From: an uncultured delta proteobacterium
Lineage (GTDB): Bacteria > Desulfobacterota > Syntrophia > Syntrophales > UBA2192
Length of the DNA stretch: 64,000 nucleotides
Direction: 5' to 3'
Assembly (NCBI GenBank): GCA_963705165.1
Contig: CAVPJD010000030.1
Span: forward strand, 1-64,000
Shown here piece after piece: positions 47,903 through 61,051 of the stretch. A program made the position numbers and the translations under genes. Position 1 is the first letter of the stretch. Each line of letters starts with the position of its first letter. Under the pieces are notes generated by a model. That model saw only the letters and a list, made by a program, of their open reading frames with translations. It was not told the origin of the DNA and did not search any database.

Positions 47903-47922
47903 TTCTATGAGAGGGAATTTCG

Positions 47923-48630
47923 ATGCTGAACGTCACGATCGATGGCAAGAAGATGGAAGCGAAGGATGGGGCGACGATCCTGCAGGTCTGCCAGGCCAAT
48001 CATGTCCCGATCCCGACCTTGTGCTTCCACAAGGATCTCATGCCTTTCGGGGCCTGCCGCCTCTGTGTTGTGGAGGTGAAGGCCAACGGCAAGTGGCAGG
48101 TGACGAGCTCCTGTGACACGCTTGTAAAGGACAAGACAGAGGTCCGGACGAACTCCGACAAGGTGAAGGAGAGCCGCAAGCTCGCCGCGGAGCTTCTTTA
48201 CTACAAGTACCCCTCGACTAAGGCCGTCCGCGACATGGCGGAAAGTCTGGGTGTGGAGGTGGCCGGGGGGAAAGCCGAGGGCAGCGACTGCATCCTCTGC
48301 GGTCTCTGCACGCGAACCTGCCACGAGATCGTCGGCGTCGACGCCCTCAAGTTCCTCGACCGGGGCCTGGGCCGCAACGTGGCCGAACCCAAGATCGAGT
48401 TCGTCGCCGATGCCTGCATCGGCTGCGGCTCCTGCGCCTACGTGTGCCCCACGGGGTACGTGAAGATGGAAGCCTCCGGCGACCGCCGGATGATCTGGGA
48501 CAAGTCCTTCAAGATGGTGGCCTGCGGCAAATGCGGCCGCTATTTCGCCCCCGAGGACCAGCTCAAGTGGATCAGCAAGAAAACGGGCGTCCCCATGAGC
48601 GTTTTGACGGTCTGCACCAGCTGCAAGTAG
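47923..48630 (+). CDS. NuoG/HydA N-terminal-like [2Fe-2S]+[4Fe-4S] electron transfer protein
   Basis: IPTLC..GACRLCVVE..SSC; CILCGLCTRTC; CIGCGSCAYVCP; C-terminal CxxC pairs. Confidence 0.9.
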   Translation: MLNVTIDGKKMEAKDGATILQVCQANHVPIPTLCFHKDLMPFGACRLCVVEVKANGKWQVTSSCDTLVKDKTEVRTNSDKVKESRKLAAELLYYKYPSTKAVRDMAESLGVEVAGGKAEGSDCILCGLCTRTCHEIVGVDALKFLDRGLGRNVAEPKIEFVADACIGCGSCAYVCPTGYVKMEASGDRRMIWDKSFKMVACGKCGRYFAPEDQLKWISKKTGVPMSVLTVCTSCK

Positions 48631-48657
48631 GCAGTCAGGAATAAAACTTGCTTGACA

Positions 48658-48697
48658 AAAGACCGCTCTTGACAAGGGGCGGTCTTTCCATTAACAT
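48658..48697 (+). promoter_or_regulatory. Terminator-like hairpin overlapping a sigma70 promoter for tRNA-Asn
   Basis: AAAGACCGCTCTT/AAGGGGCGGTCTTT stem; TTGACA (48669)-17 nt-TAACAT (48692). Confidence 0.5.
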
Positions 48698-48726
48698 GCG
48701 TTTTCGAATTTTTTGCACCGACAAAT

Positions 48727-48802
48727 TCCTCGGTAGCTCAGTCGGTAGAGCAGCTGGCTGTTAACCAGCGGGTCACATGTTCGAGTCATGTCCGGGGAGC
48801 CA
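48727..48802 (+). tRNA. tRNA-Asn(GTT)
   Basis: TCCTCGG/CCGGGGA acceptor, CT-GTT-AA loop, TTCGAGT T loop, CCA. Confidence 0.97.
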
Positions 48803-48807
48803 ATAAA

Positions 48808-48845
48808 TAAAAACGGGACCTCCTTTGCGAGGCCCCGTTTTTATT
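48808..48845. terminator. Bidirectional terminator
   Basis: aaaaacggg.cctc...gagg.cccgttttt flanked by A and T tracts. Confidence 0.7.
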
Positions 48846-48869
48846 TATTAGCTCCATCTTGAAAACGGA

Positions 48870-49997
48870 TCAATGAACCACATCGATTCCCAAAAGGATC
48901 CGGGCGGCAAGACCGACCCCGTAGGTGACGGCGCACGTCCCCATGATGACAAAGATATTGTGCGCAATCTTTATGAATATCTTTTTACCGGACAGAACCG
49001 CGACAAAGAACCCTGCCGCCGATATCGTGAAAACGGCCACGACAAAGGCGGTCACCGCTGGGATAAAGGGAGCGAGATCCCCCATCACCCCGACGAAAAA
49101 GGGGATCAGGATCGGCACGGCTCCGATGATGAAGAAAAGGCCGGAGGTTTTGATGGCCTCTTTCGGCTCGCCGGCCTCGCCCAATGATTTCATCGATTTG
49201 ACCAGGCTGGACAGGATGGACGTGTCATCCCCGATGATCCCCATGATCTCTTTGACCGTTTCACTGCCGATTCCTTTCCCGACGAGGTCCTTTTCCAGCT
49301 CCCGTTTCAGGACGGCGGGGTTGATGTCCCTTTTTACATGGATTTCCCGGGTTCAGCCCTAGTGCAGATCGGAGGTAGCCTTCGATGTGACATAGGATGT
49401 GGACATGATCGCGATGAGCCCACCGAGTGCACCGAGAAGCCCTGTCAACCCGATCGTCAGCGTTGATGCGTGCGCGGCGAGCAGGCCGATGACCAGTCCC
49501 AGCGTCTCGACACTCCCAATGGTCATGGCATCCATCGCTTCCCGGGTCTTTGCGATATAGGCTTCTTTGTCGGCAATCTGCTCCATCATCTGCCACTCGT
49601 GGGCGATTTCCTGCCGGATGATATTGGTGATGATCTTGCGGGTGTCTTCGTCGTGCTTGTATGCATCGAGCAGCTTGGAGTACTCGAGGATCGCGTTTCG
49701 CTCCTCGTGCTCCATGTAGTGGATGAAGATGGTGAAAGGAAGGATGAGTGAAAGCAGTTTCCCCGAGAGGATTTTCAATCTCAGGGAAAGGGTGACTTCG
49801 AACCTGGCGCCATGGGACTTGTCGGCGATACGGCTCCAGACCGTTGCGTGCCCCTGCTCCATACGCCCGATCTTTGAGATGATTTCTTTGTGCTCGGCAT
49901 CGTCGCATCGAGCGGCAAGAAAGCCGTAGAGACGCTCGGCAACGATTTCCGACTGCCAGTACTTGCGCAGCAATGACAGATTTCCTTCCACGGTCAT
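48870..49997 (-). pseudogene. Erythrin-VIT1/CCC1 (MbfA-like) iron exporter interrupted by two in-frame stops
   Basis: Diiron E/ExxH motifs plus VIT1 helices; the two ORFs are in frame across TAG-GGC-TGA (49361-49353). Confidence 0.75.
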
Positions 49998-50258
49998 CGG
50001 AACCTCTCTGAGATCGATCCTGATCCCATTGTCATGGCCGACCGGGTTTCTACTACCGTTTTCCTGCTGCCGCAGAGATGGGTTGGATGATTTTTTCCGG
50101 ACGTGGAAAAGATCACGGCAGTGCCGGCGGCAAGGTCCCGCTTATGCAGGGACATCGCCGCCGGCTGCTCCCCTTCCGAGGAATTGATGCCTGATCAGGC
50201 CTTGGTCACTTCTTTTTCGCCGCCCTGTCTGTAGCCCTCGAAGACGGTTATGCGACGA

Positions 50259-52520
<2,262 letters not shown>

Positions 52521-52522
52521 TC

Positions 52523-52555
52523 ATGATTCTTAATGTCTATAAAGAATCATTATCT
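52523..52555. promoter_or_regulatory. Fur/PerR-type operator upstream of katG
   Basis: ATGATTCTT-N10-AAGAATCAT perfect inverted repeat; minus strand GATAATGATTCT. Confidence 0.6.
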
Positions 52556-52606
52556 ATTACCAAGTAAAAAAAGAGCCATAAAATAGTGCCACAGAGCACG
52601 AGGAGA

Positions 52607-53062
52607 TTAGTTTTTCTGCTGACATTCCGGGCAAAGACCGAAGAAATCCAGGCGGTGATAGAAGATTTTATATCCCGTCTTGCGGCTCATCTCTTCGCTG
52701 AGTGCATCAATGTTCATCAGTTCGGGATCCATGATTTTCTTGCACTTCATGCAGATTGCGTGAGGGTGAGGCACCGGATTGTATCCGTCGTAGCGATTGC
52801 TCCCATCGGGAAAGCCAAGTTCCAGAACCTCGTTCAGCTCCTTGAGAAGAGAAACCGTTTTGTATACCGTGGCCAGGCTCGTCGTGGGGAATACGGCCTT
52901 AACTTCCTTATAAATGGCGTCGACGCTTGGATGCCCATCGCTTTCTGCAAGAATTCTGAGTATGGCCAGGCGCTGGGGCGTAATGCGGAAATCGCGGCTT
53001 TTCAGCTTGGAAAGCATCTCCTCGATGCGCTTTTGGGTTTCTATTAAATCCCTTTGTTGCAT
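52607..53062 (-). CDS. perR: Fur-family regulator, PerR-like
   Basis: RITPQR, HPS, SLATVYK, HPHAICMKC, CPEC; directly upstream of katG. Confidence 0.85.
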   Translation of the reverse strand: MQQRDLIETQKRIEEMLSKLKSRDFRITPQRLAILRILAESDGHPSVDAIYKEVKAVFPTTSLATVYKTVSLLKELNEVLELGFPDGSNRYDGYNPVPHPHAICMKCKKIMDPELMNIDALSEEMSRKTGYKIFYHRLDFFGLCPECQQKN

Positions 53063-53082
53063 CCCCAAAACCTGACTTTGAC

Positions 53083-53112
53083 GATAATGATTATTTAAAA
53101 ATAATGATTATC
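53083..53112. promoter_or_regulatory. Tandem Fur/PerR boxes (autoregulation)
   Basis: GATAATGATTATTTAAAAATAATGATTATC near-perfect palindrome. Confidence 0.75.
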
Positions 53113-53269
53113 GTTTACGCTTCTCCGCGAAAGTTTGTCAACGATTTATTTAGCCGTAAAAGATTGTGTCTGCAGGGGAGGGCGTGGGATTTTGCATGGT
53201 TGCGGCAAATCCCTTTTTTTGTTTGGCCCGGGCGAAGAGGTTGGATGATCAGAGATTCGGCAGGGCGTT

Positions 53270-54350
53270 CTAAAACGGCATCGCAAGGACCCTGGTAAAG
53301 GACATCCACACGTCGCTTCCATCCGCCAGATCATCGGCGACGGAGGGTCCCGTGGCCCGTACCTCCTGGGGGCCGAGGGCTACCCGGTAGTCCATTTCGT
53401 TTCCCAGATAGATCTTCCGGACCAGGCGCCCGGGAATCGCGCCGGGGGACGGATGGCCCGATACGGTGATCGATTCCGGGCGGGCCGCCAGGACGACCCG
53501 CTCGCCCGTCTTCATTTCCGAGTGGAGGCGGCCTTTCAGATGCACGGGCCCCGGGACATCGGTCAGGGCTACTACTCCCTCAGAGCCTTCCACGGAAACC
53601 AGCGTGCCTTCCAGGAAATTGATGAGTCCGATGAAGTCGGCCACGAAACGGTTTGACGGGCAATTCATAAATGTCTTTCGGCCTGCCCGTCTGCTGGACA
53701 TAGCCCTTGTCCATGACGATGATCCGGTCGGACATGACCATGGCCTCGGCCTGGTCGTGGGTCACGTAGATGACGGTGATCCCGAGGCGGCGCTGCACGT
53801 CCTTGATCTCGAAGCGCATGCTCTCGCGAAGCTTGGCGTCTAGGTTGGAGAGCGGCTCGTCCAGCAGAAGAAGGGAGGGCTCGGCCACGAGGGCGCGGGC
53901 CAGGGCCACGCGCTGCTGCTGGCCCCCGGAGAGCTGGCTTGGAAGGCGCTTCTCCAGGCCTTCCAGGTGCACGAGATCGAGGACATGGTCCACATTCTCG
54001 CGGATTGTTTTTTTCGAGGTGCCGCGGACTTTCAGGGGATAGGCAACGTTGGCAAAGACGTTCATGTGGGGCCACACGGCGTAGGATTGAAATACCATCC
54101 CGATGTTGCGATCTTCCGGAGGCTTGTAGGTCCTGGTCTCCGAGCAGCTCACCAGCTCTTTGCCGATAAATACCCGTCCCGTCGTTGCCCTCTCGAAACC
54201 GGCGATGATCCGCAGCGTCGTGGTCTTGCCGCAGCCCGAAGGCCCAAGAAGGGATACAAACTCCCCCTCCCGGATGATCTCACTGAATGCCGCTACGGCT
54301 TCCACATTACCGAACTTCTTCGATACGTTTTCCAGTCTTACGTCGGCCAT
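53270..54350 (-). CDS. ABC ATPase (PotA/FbpC type), apparent +1 frameshift near 53655
   Basis: [22 protein letters not shown]; continues as [10 protein letters not shown] and a TOBE domain in another frame. Confidence 0.85.
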
Positions 54351-54382
54351 GAATCGCCCCTATCCTTCGTTCCTATTCGCGT

Positions 54383-54443
54383 CGTCATCCCCGCAAAGGC
54401 GGGGATCCAGTCAATCTGGATTCCTGGTCAAGCCAGGAATGAC
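54383..54443. repeat. CGTC-tagged REP-like palindrome
   Basis: cgtcatccccgcaaaggcggggatccag...ctggattcctggtcaagccaggaatgac. Confidence 0.75.
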
Positions 54444-54486
54444 ATTCCCGCGTTACGATACTTCCTGTGCGTCTGCGTCCCGATCG

Positions 54487-56171
54487 TCAGATGGTGATTT
54501 TCCCCTTCGTGATTTTTGAAACCAGCACATTTCCTCCCAGGACCACCACAAGGATCAACACGGACAGCACGGAGGCGGCCTGCTGGTTGGAGTAGGTCTG
54601 CATCTCGAACAGGATAACGCCCAGGTTGTGCGTCTCGGGGCCATAGAGCAGAATGGTCATCGTCAACTCATAGAAGGTGGTCATGAACACAAGAAACCAC
54701 GCGGCAATGAGTCCCGGCCGAACCAGCGGCAGGATGATGTCCCGGAAGCTCTGCATCCAGCTCGCCCCGGAGATCTGTGCCGCCTCTTCCAGCGACAGAT
54801 CGATCTGCTCCAGGGAGGCGCAGACCGTGCGGACGGAGAATGCCAGATACTTGACGATGTAGGCCACGATCAGGATTGCAAAGGTGTTGTAGAGGTTGAG
54901 CCCGTACTTCCCCGAAAATGCGATGATGAGCGCCAGGGCAATGACCGTTCCCGGCGTGGCGTAGGGGACAGTTGCGATGAGGTCCGCCGCCCGGGCCAGG
55001 GGGCTTTTTACCTTCACGCGGTAATAGGCGATGAGACTTGCCACGAAGAGAGCCAGGGTTGCCGCCACGATGCCCAGAAAGAAGCTGTTCTGAAAGGCCT
55101 CGAGGGCCGTTTTGAACGTCAGGATATAGGCGTAGTGCTCCAGGCTCAGGTTCTCCAGGGTGATCGGCTCCCCGAAGACGCGGATAAAGGATGTCACCAC
55201 GATGGCCCCGATGGGCAGGATCACCAGGATAAAGCCCAGCAAACCCGAAAAAGGAGGGCCGGTATCTTGAATCGGCCCAGTGATACGGGCAGGACGCGGG
55301 CGCTTTTTCCCCCCACGAGGGTGTAACGCTTCCGGCTGAGCAGGCGGTTCCCGAAAGTCATGGTGATGACGGCGATGACCATGAGAATGACCGACAGGGC
55401 CGTAGCCTCCCGCATCCCCGAGGTGGTCCCCATGTAAACGTACTGGATGACCTGCGTGGAGAGCACATAGATGCGACTGGGCATGCCGATCATGGCGGGG
55501 ACACCGAAAGCGGAGGCCGAGGCGGCAAAGACCAGGAGTCCCCCCGCGAAGAAACTGGGAGAAACCAGGGGGAGCGTGATGTCCCAGAAGACCCGGAGGG
55601 GATGGGCACCGCTAATGCGGGCGGCCTCCTCCAGGGAGTTGTCCATTTGCTCGAGGGCGCTTGCCACATTCAGGAAAGCCAGCGGGTAGTAGAACAGAGT
55701 CATGACCCACACCAGGCCGGGGACGGTGTAAATGTCGAAGGGACCGGGCACTTCGGCGCCGAAGGTTTCAATCAGCATCTTGTTGATGTATCCCACACCC
55801 GGGGTCATCAAAAGAATCCAGGCGATCGCCCCCACGTAGGGAGGGATCACATAGGGGATGAAGAAAAGGGAGCGGAACTGGCGCCGCCAGGGAAGATTGC
55901 TTCGCACCACGAGCCACGCAAGCCCCGTGGCGAAGATCATGGAGAAGAACATGGTAAGGCCGCAGACCCAGAGGGTCATCACCACGGCATCCCAGTTGCG
56001 GTCCTTGCCGTAGACGGCGATGTAGTTCTGGAGGCTCAGATCCCCTTCGGTTCCGAGGAAGCTCCTGAAGACCAGCAGGGCAAGGGGAAAGAGGACAAAA
56101 ACGACGAGAAAGAGCAGGGCGGAGCCAATGACGAGATTGCGCGCGCTGAAGATCCTCCCGGTCGAGCCCAT
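54487..56171 (-). CDS. FbpB/AfuB-type ABC permease, apparent frameshift near 55245
   Basis: Two EEAA..SGA motifs split over two ORFs; junction at a T5 homopolymer. Confidence 0.85.
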
Positions 56172-56245
56172 GAATGAAACCGCTCCGCTTAGAAGTTCCC
56201 GCCGGCCGCTGCAAGGATGGGCCGGCGGGATCACAAACCGTCAAC

Positions 56246-57271
56246 CTACCGGAGAACCGTCTGGTCGAATCTTTCTTTCATTTTTTCCGGGTCCCGGCTG
56301 ATGGCATCCCAGTCCATGGGCATGGCGAACTTGTTTATGTCCCCGATCTTCATGGCGGCATTGGCCGGCGGCGGCATGTCGGTCCTGACGGAGTGCATCC
56401 AGCCGGCGAGGATTGCCTGCTGGCCCTCCTTGGAGAGGAAGAAGTCATAAACGGCCTTTGCCGCCGCGGGGTTTTTCGTCGTCTTCATGATGGCAATGCC
56501 CGATGGGTTCACGATGGGCCCGTCAGAGGGGTAAACGAACCCCAGAGGTTTTTTCTCACTGATCGCCTTTAACACGTTTTCCTCGAGCAGCATTGCTACG
56601 GCGAGTTGGCCGGAGAGGAGTTTTGTCTCCACGGCGCCGTTTCCGGGCTCGCAGGCGATCCGGTTTTTCCGGAGGGCCTCGAAAAAGGGCCAGCCGTGTT
56701 TCGGCGAGCGCACCAGTCCCGATGTCCCCGCAAAGGCCGTGCCGGACAGAAGCGGGTTCGGCATGCCCACCTTGCCCCTCCATTTGGGGTCCGCCAGATC
56801 CCACCAGGTTTTGGGGAGGTCCTTGGCCGCCACGAGATTCTTGTTGTAGGCGATTCCGATGACGTTGATCCGCACGCCGGAGTAATAGCCGTCCTTGTCG
56901 AGCCAGGCGGGAACGACATACTTCGCGTTGGGCGATCTGTACTGCAGGAGCCGCCCGTCGCGCTTGAGGGTGTTGTAGTAGGCGGGATCGGCGATCATGA
57001 TCAAATCCGCCATGGAGCTGCCCTGATCGAACTCCGCCACGAGCTTCGCGATTACCTTCTCCGAGCCGCCGTAGAACCACTGCACGTCCAGATCAGGGAA
57101 AGTCTTTTTCAAAACCGGCTTGAGCTGTTCGATGATGTGCAGATAGATGGAGCTGTAGATCATGACCTTGCCCTTGACCGGCTCGGCGCCGAAGGCCGGA
57201 CCTGCCGCCATGGCCGACAGCAGGATCAGGCCCGCCGTCAGGACTGCCCATTTCGATCGCATGCGTTTCAT
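56246..57271 (-). CDS. ABC substrate-binding protein (FbpA/AfuA family)
   Basis: Signal peptide, IYSS, PKTWWDL, MPNPLLSGT, YPSDG. Confidence 0.92.
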   Translation of the reverse strand: MKRMRSKWAVLTAGLILLSAMAAGPAFGAEPVKGKVMIYSSIYLHIIEQLKPVLKKTFPDLDVQWFYGGSEKVIAKLVAEFDQGSSMADLIMIADPAYYNTLKRDGRLLQYRSPNAKYVVPAWLDKDGYYSGVRINVIGIAYNKNLVAAKDLPKTWWDLADPKWRGKVGMPNPLLSGTAFAGTSGLVRSPKHGWPFFEALRKNRIACEPGNGAVETKLLSGQLAVAMLLEENVLKAISEKKPLGFVYPSDGPIVNPSGIAIMKTTKNPAAAKAVYDFFLSKEGQQAILAGWMHSVRTDMPPPANAAMKIGDINKFAMPMDWDAISRDPEKMKERFDQTVLR

Positions 57272-57401
57272 TTCCCCTGCTCCTTGCGTTCTTTTTTTCC
57301 TGAGAGGTTAGTTGGATGATCCGAGCCGGACGAGTGCACCTTCGATTGATCGCCGGTGCCTGTTTTTCAGCGCTGTCTATATGAAAAATACTGCCGCTTT
57401 G

Positions 57402-58847
57402 TCAAGGCAAGACGACGAGATCCTCCCTGTCCATCCAGAAGAGCAGGTCGGAGAGGTTCATTCGCACCCGGACGAAGGGAGAGAAGGCCACGGCCCACCG
57501 AAATTCCTCCTCCGTGGTGGGCGGGTCCGTTTCCCCGGGCCTGCAGGGAAGGCCCGATTTTTTCAGCAGCGGTTCCAACTCGCCTGCCCGCATCGTTAAC
57601 CGGGCGAGTTCGATCCGGATATCCCCCCAGGAATCCACGAACGTTGCGATCCGGGGGCGGGCCGCTGCCCAGCGCTCTGATTTTTTGCGATATTCCGCTG
57701 AAAACTCCACCCGTGCTGCGTCCATTTTCTCCCGGTACGTATCCCCTCCGCGTGGAAGGGGAGCTGTGGCCATGCGCTGCTCCAGGACCCGCAGGACCTG
57801 CCCGATGTCCTCGTCCCGCCAGGCAATGCCCCGGAGGTTCTCCATTCCAAGAAGACGGTCGATGGTCCGGGCGCTGACAAGGGAGCCCAGAGCAACCTGC
57901 TCTCCGTGAAAGACTAATTCCCGCCCCGCCGTCAGCTTCAGGAAATCGAGGGCGTGGCTGATGACATGTTCGAAACCGGATAGCGGGGTCGTCTCGCCGG
58001 CCGTGGACATGGAAATCCCCGCCATGGCCAGTGCTGCGGCGGTACATGCCGTGGCTTCCTGCGGCAGGGGATGGTTTGCAAACCCGCCAGCTGCCCCCCG
58101 GATGCCCCCGGCAAAAGGCTCCATGAGGCGAAAGGCCGACTCGTCGTATCGTTCCATGACTCCCAGGCGATGCCCGAGAAGCCAGTCCCCATAGGCTACG
58201 AAGCGAGCCAGAAGATCCCCGTACCCTGCCCGGGACATGCCGGGCGGAGAGCATTCCAGGAAGGGCCTCACCCAGAAGGCGGCGGAAACCGGTCTGGACT
58301 GGAGAGTGCGCTTTGCCCCGTGGAAGTCGATGATGGCAAATGAGGAAGTAAATGCTGTCACAGTCAGTGCCGTGGGAATGGATACGAAGGGGATGGGCAT
58401 GCCCTCCACATGCAGGGCATGCTTCACCAGATCGGTGATGCTTCCGGAACCGAGGACGATCGCAGCTTCTTCTTTTCCCTCCCGGACTACGCCGCGGATC
58501 CGCTCAAAACATTCGTGGGAGGCATGAAGCTCCCCGGGGGGCATGGCAAGTTCGGCCGAGAGGTCCGTCCAGCGGAAAGGGATGCCTGCCTCGCTTAGCA
58601 GGGCCCGGAACTCTCTGTCGATTTGTGCCGTCGGGCCTTCGGAGCACTTCTTGGGGAAGCCGTCTACAAAAACACGGATCAGCCGTTTCCCGGGCAGGCA
58701 TGCGTGAATCCATCTGTGGAAGGCTTCCCGGAACTCGCCCAAGGATTCAGCATAGTGCTGGAACGGAACAAGGAGAGACTTCTTCGGGTCTTTCGGTATT
58801 CCTTCCCGCTCCAGGGTGCGATGAAGGGTCTCAAACCAGTGGTTCAT
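57402..58847 (-). CDS. sn-glycerol-1-phosphate dehydrogenase-like (EgsA/AraM family)
   Basis: LGSGSITDLVK, PTA, AGYGDLL, SGFEHVISH, HGEQVALG; start ATG 58847. Confidence 0.8.
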   Translation of the reverse strand: MNHWFETLHRTLEREGIPKDPKKSLLVPFQHYAESLGEFREAFHRWIHACLPGKRLIRVFVDGFPKKCSEGPTAQIDREFRALLSEAGIPFRWTDLSAELAMPPGELHASHECFERIRGVVREGKEEAAIVLGSGSITDLVKHALHVEGMPIPFVSIPTALTVTAFTSSFAIIDFHGAKRTLQSRPVSAAFWVRPFLECSPPGMSRAGYGDLLARFVAYGDWLLGHRLGVMERYDESAFRLMEPFAGGIRGAAGGFANHPLPQEATACTAAALAMAGISMSTAGETTPLSGFEHVISHALDFLKLTAGRELVFHGEQVALGSLVSARTIDRLLGMENLRGIAWRDEDIGQVLRVLEQRMATAPLPRGGDTYREKMDAARVEFSAEYRKKSERWAAARPRIATFVDSWGDIRIELARLTMRAGELEPLLKKSGLPCRPGETDPPTTEEEFRWAVAFSPFVRVRMNLSDLLFWMDREDLVVLP

Positions 58848-58973
58848 GGCATTCGATCCTCGATCTGCGTCAGGCTTGCGCATTCTATCCGGTTTTTCCT
58901 CCCCTTCAAATGAAAAAAATTGTTCTTCAGGAAAAAATCGCTTAGAGTTGCAGAAATCACTGCGGAGGACTTC

Positions 58974-59306
58974 ATGAAAGGTCGCCCGAAAAACCCTCCC
59001 GCCCCCAAACGCCTGCCTGCACTGGTGGATGACTGCCCCTGCACGCAGATACGCTGCCACCGCCATGGAAACTGCGTGGAATGCGTCCGCGTGCACCGCA
59101 CGAGGCAGCAGCACATCCCCGAGTGCCTCCAGGGCATGTTCCGTTCCCGGATAAAAGAACTGGCCGCCCTCGTGGAATACGACGTCCTCGATCTTCGAAG
59201 GACCCCGGCATTCTGGGATGAGCGTCTTGGAAAAAGAGGCCCCTTCCCACCGGAAAGGGAAATCTCCAGCGAAAAAACCATTGCGAAAGCGACCGACCGC
59301 AAATAG
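58974..59306 (+). CDS. Small Cys/His-rich protein (DUF6485-like)
   Basis: CPC-x4-C-x2-HG-x-C-x2-C-x3-H...PEC; GGAGG RBS. Confidence 0.7.
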   Translation: MKGRPKNPPAPKRLPALVDDCPCTQIRCHRHGNCVECVRVHRTRQQHIPECLQGMFRSRIKELAALVEYDVLDLRRTPAFWDERLGKRGPFPPEREISSEKTIAKATDRK

Positions 59307-59587
59307 ATGACTCCGTTGACCGTCTGCTTCCGTGAGTCGGTAAATGTCGGTAAACAGAAGAAAGGATTTCGGATCGCTGCGAAATCCCTTCTTGGTTTGG
59401 TCCGGGAGTGCCATAAACGATTAAGGCGGATTCGACGGCTTCCGACGATTTTTGCGAGTTACTTTTTTGTAACGGACAACTACGGTTTTTTCATCCCTTA
59501 CTACCTGACTTGATTATCCTTTTCCCTTGACACGACTGCCTTCTTTCTATCTATACTCCTACTCTACATCCAGGGGTAAACGCGGGA

Positions 59588-59878
59588 ATGAAATACTGGA
59601 GAAAACCATTAGATGAGGCGACTGCCCGGAAGAGCCGCGGCGAGATCGTCGTAATCGTTGACCGGTGCAAGGGTTGCGGTTTCTGCATCGCCTACTGCCC
59701 CCGGGGGGTTTTGCGCCTTTCCTCCGGTTTCAACAAAAAGGGCTATCACCCCCCCGAAATCGTGAATGCACCGAAGTGTGCATCCTGTCACTTCTGCGAG
59801 GCCTTGTGTCCGGAGTTTGCCATATACGTCGTTGAGCCACGACACCACGGCCTGAATGTCTTGCTAAGGAGCGAAGAG
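59588..59878 (+). CDS. korD: 2-oxoacid:ferredoxin oxidoreductase delta (ferredoxin) subunit
   Basis: CKGCGFCIAYCP, KGYHPP, CASCHFCEALCPEFAI; no in-frame stop before korA, so the end is approximate. Confidence 0.8.
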
Positions 59879-61040
59879 TTGTCCGATAAAGCCGTCCTGA
59901 CCGGAACTTATTTCATGAACGGGGACGAGGCCTGCTGCGAAGGGCGCTCTCGCCGCGGGCTGCCGTTTCTTTGCCGGCTATCCCATCACGCCCGGCCACG
60001 GAAGTGGCCGAGCGGATGTCGGAGCGGCTGCCCGAGATCTGGGCGGGATCTACATCCAGATGGAGGACGAGCTGGCCTCCATGGCGGCCATCCTGGGTGC
60101 AAGCTGGGGCGGCATGAAGGCCATGACGAGCACCTCCGGCCCGGGCTTTTCCCTGATGATGGAGAACATCGGCCTCGGACTCTGCACCGAGACGCCCTGC
60201 GTCGTCTGCAACGTCCAGCGGGCCGGCCCGAGCACCGGCCTGCCCACCCTGGTCGCGCAGGGGGACATGATGCAGGCCCGGTGGGGCGCCCACGGCCACT
60301 ACGAGATCATCGCCGTCTCGCCGTCTAGTCCCCAGGAGATGTTCGATTTCACGATCTGGGCCTTCAACCTGTCCGAGCAGTACCGGCTGCCGGTGATCAT
60401 CCTGGCCGATGAAGTCGTGGGCCACATGAACGAGCGGGTGGTCATCCCGCCGGCAGACGAAATCGAGGTGGTGAACCGCAAGAAAGCCACGGTGCCGCCG
60501 GGAAAGTACCTGCCCTACCGTCCCGATGCCGACGGGGTGGCGCCCATGGCCAACTGCGGCGAGGGCTACCACATCCACGTGACCGGACTGACCCACGACG
60601 AGCGCGGCTATCCGGTGATGAACGCGCGGCCCAGGAGCAGATGATCGACCGCCTCGTCCGGAAAGATCCGCGAAGAACGTGGATCGAATCATCCGCGACG
60701 GAGACGTGTCCTCATGGACGACGCCGAGGTGGCGTCGTGGCCTACGGCATCAGCGTCCGCTCCGCCAAGCGGGCCGTCGCACGAGGCCCGGCAAAGGGGA
60801 ATCAAGGCAGGACTCATCAAGCTCGAACACGGTCTGGCCCTTCCCCGAAGAGATGATCCGGGATCGTGGCCGGCAGGGTGCGGGCCCTGATCATGCCCGA
60901 GATCAATGACGGCCAGATGGTGCTGGAACTGGAGCGCTGCGCCGGCGGCGCCTGCCCGGTCCGGCTGGTGCCCCACTGCGGGCGGCGGCGATCATCCGGC
61001 CCGGAGCAGGATTCTCGACCGCTCTCAGAAGCGGCATTGA
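59879..61040 (+). CDS. korA: 2-oxoacid:ferredoxin oxidoreductase alpha subunit (several apparent frameshifts)
   Basis: FMNGDEA / FFAGYPITP / QMEDELAS / QRAGPSTGLPT / VTGLTHDERGYP spread over frames. Confidence 0.8.
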
Positions 61041-61051
61041 AGGAGACAGGC

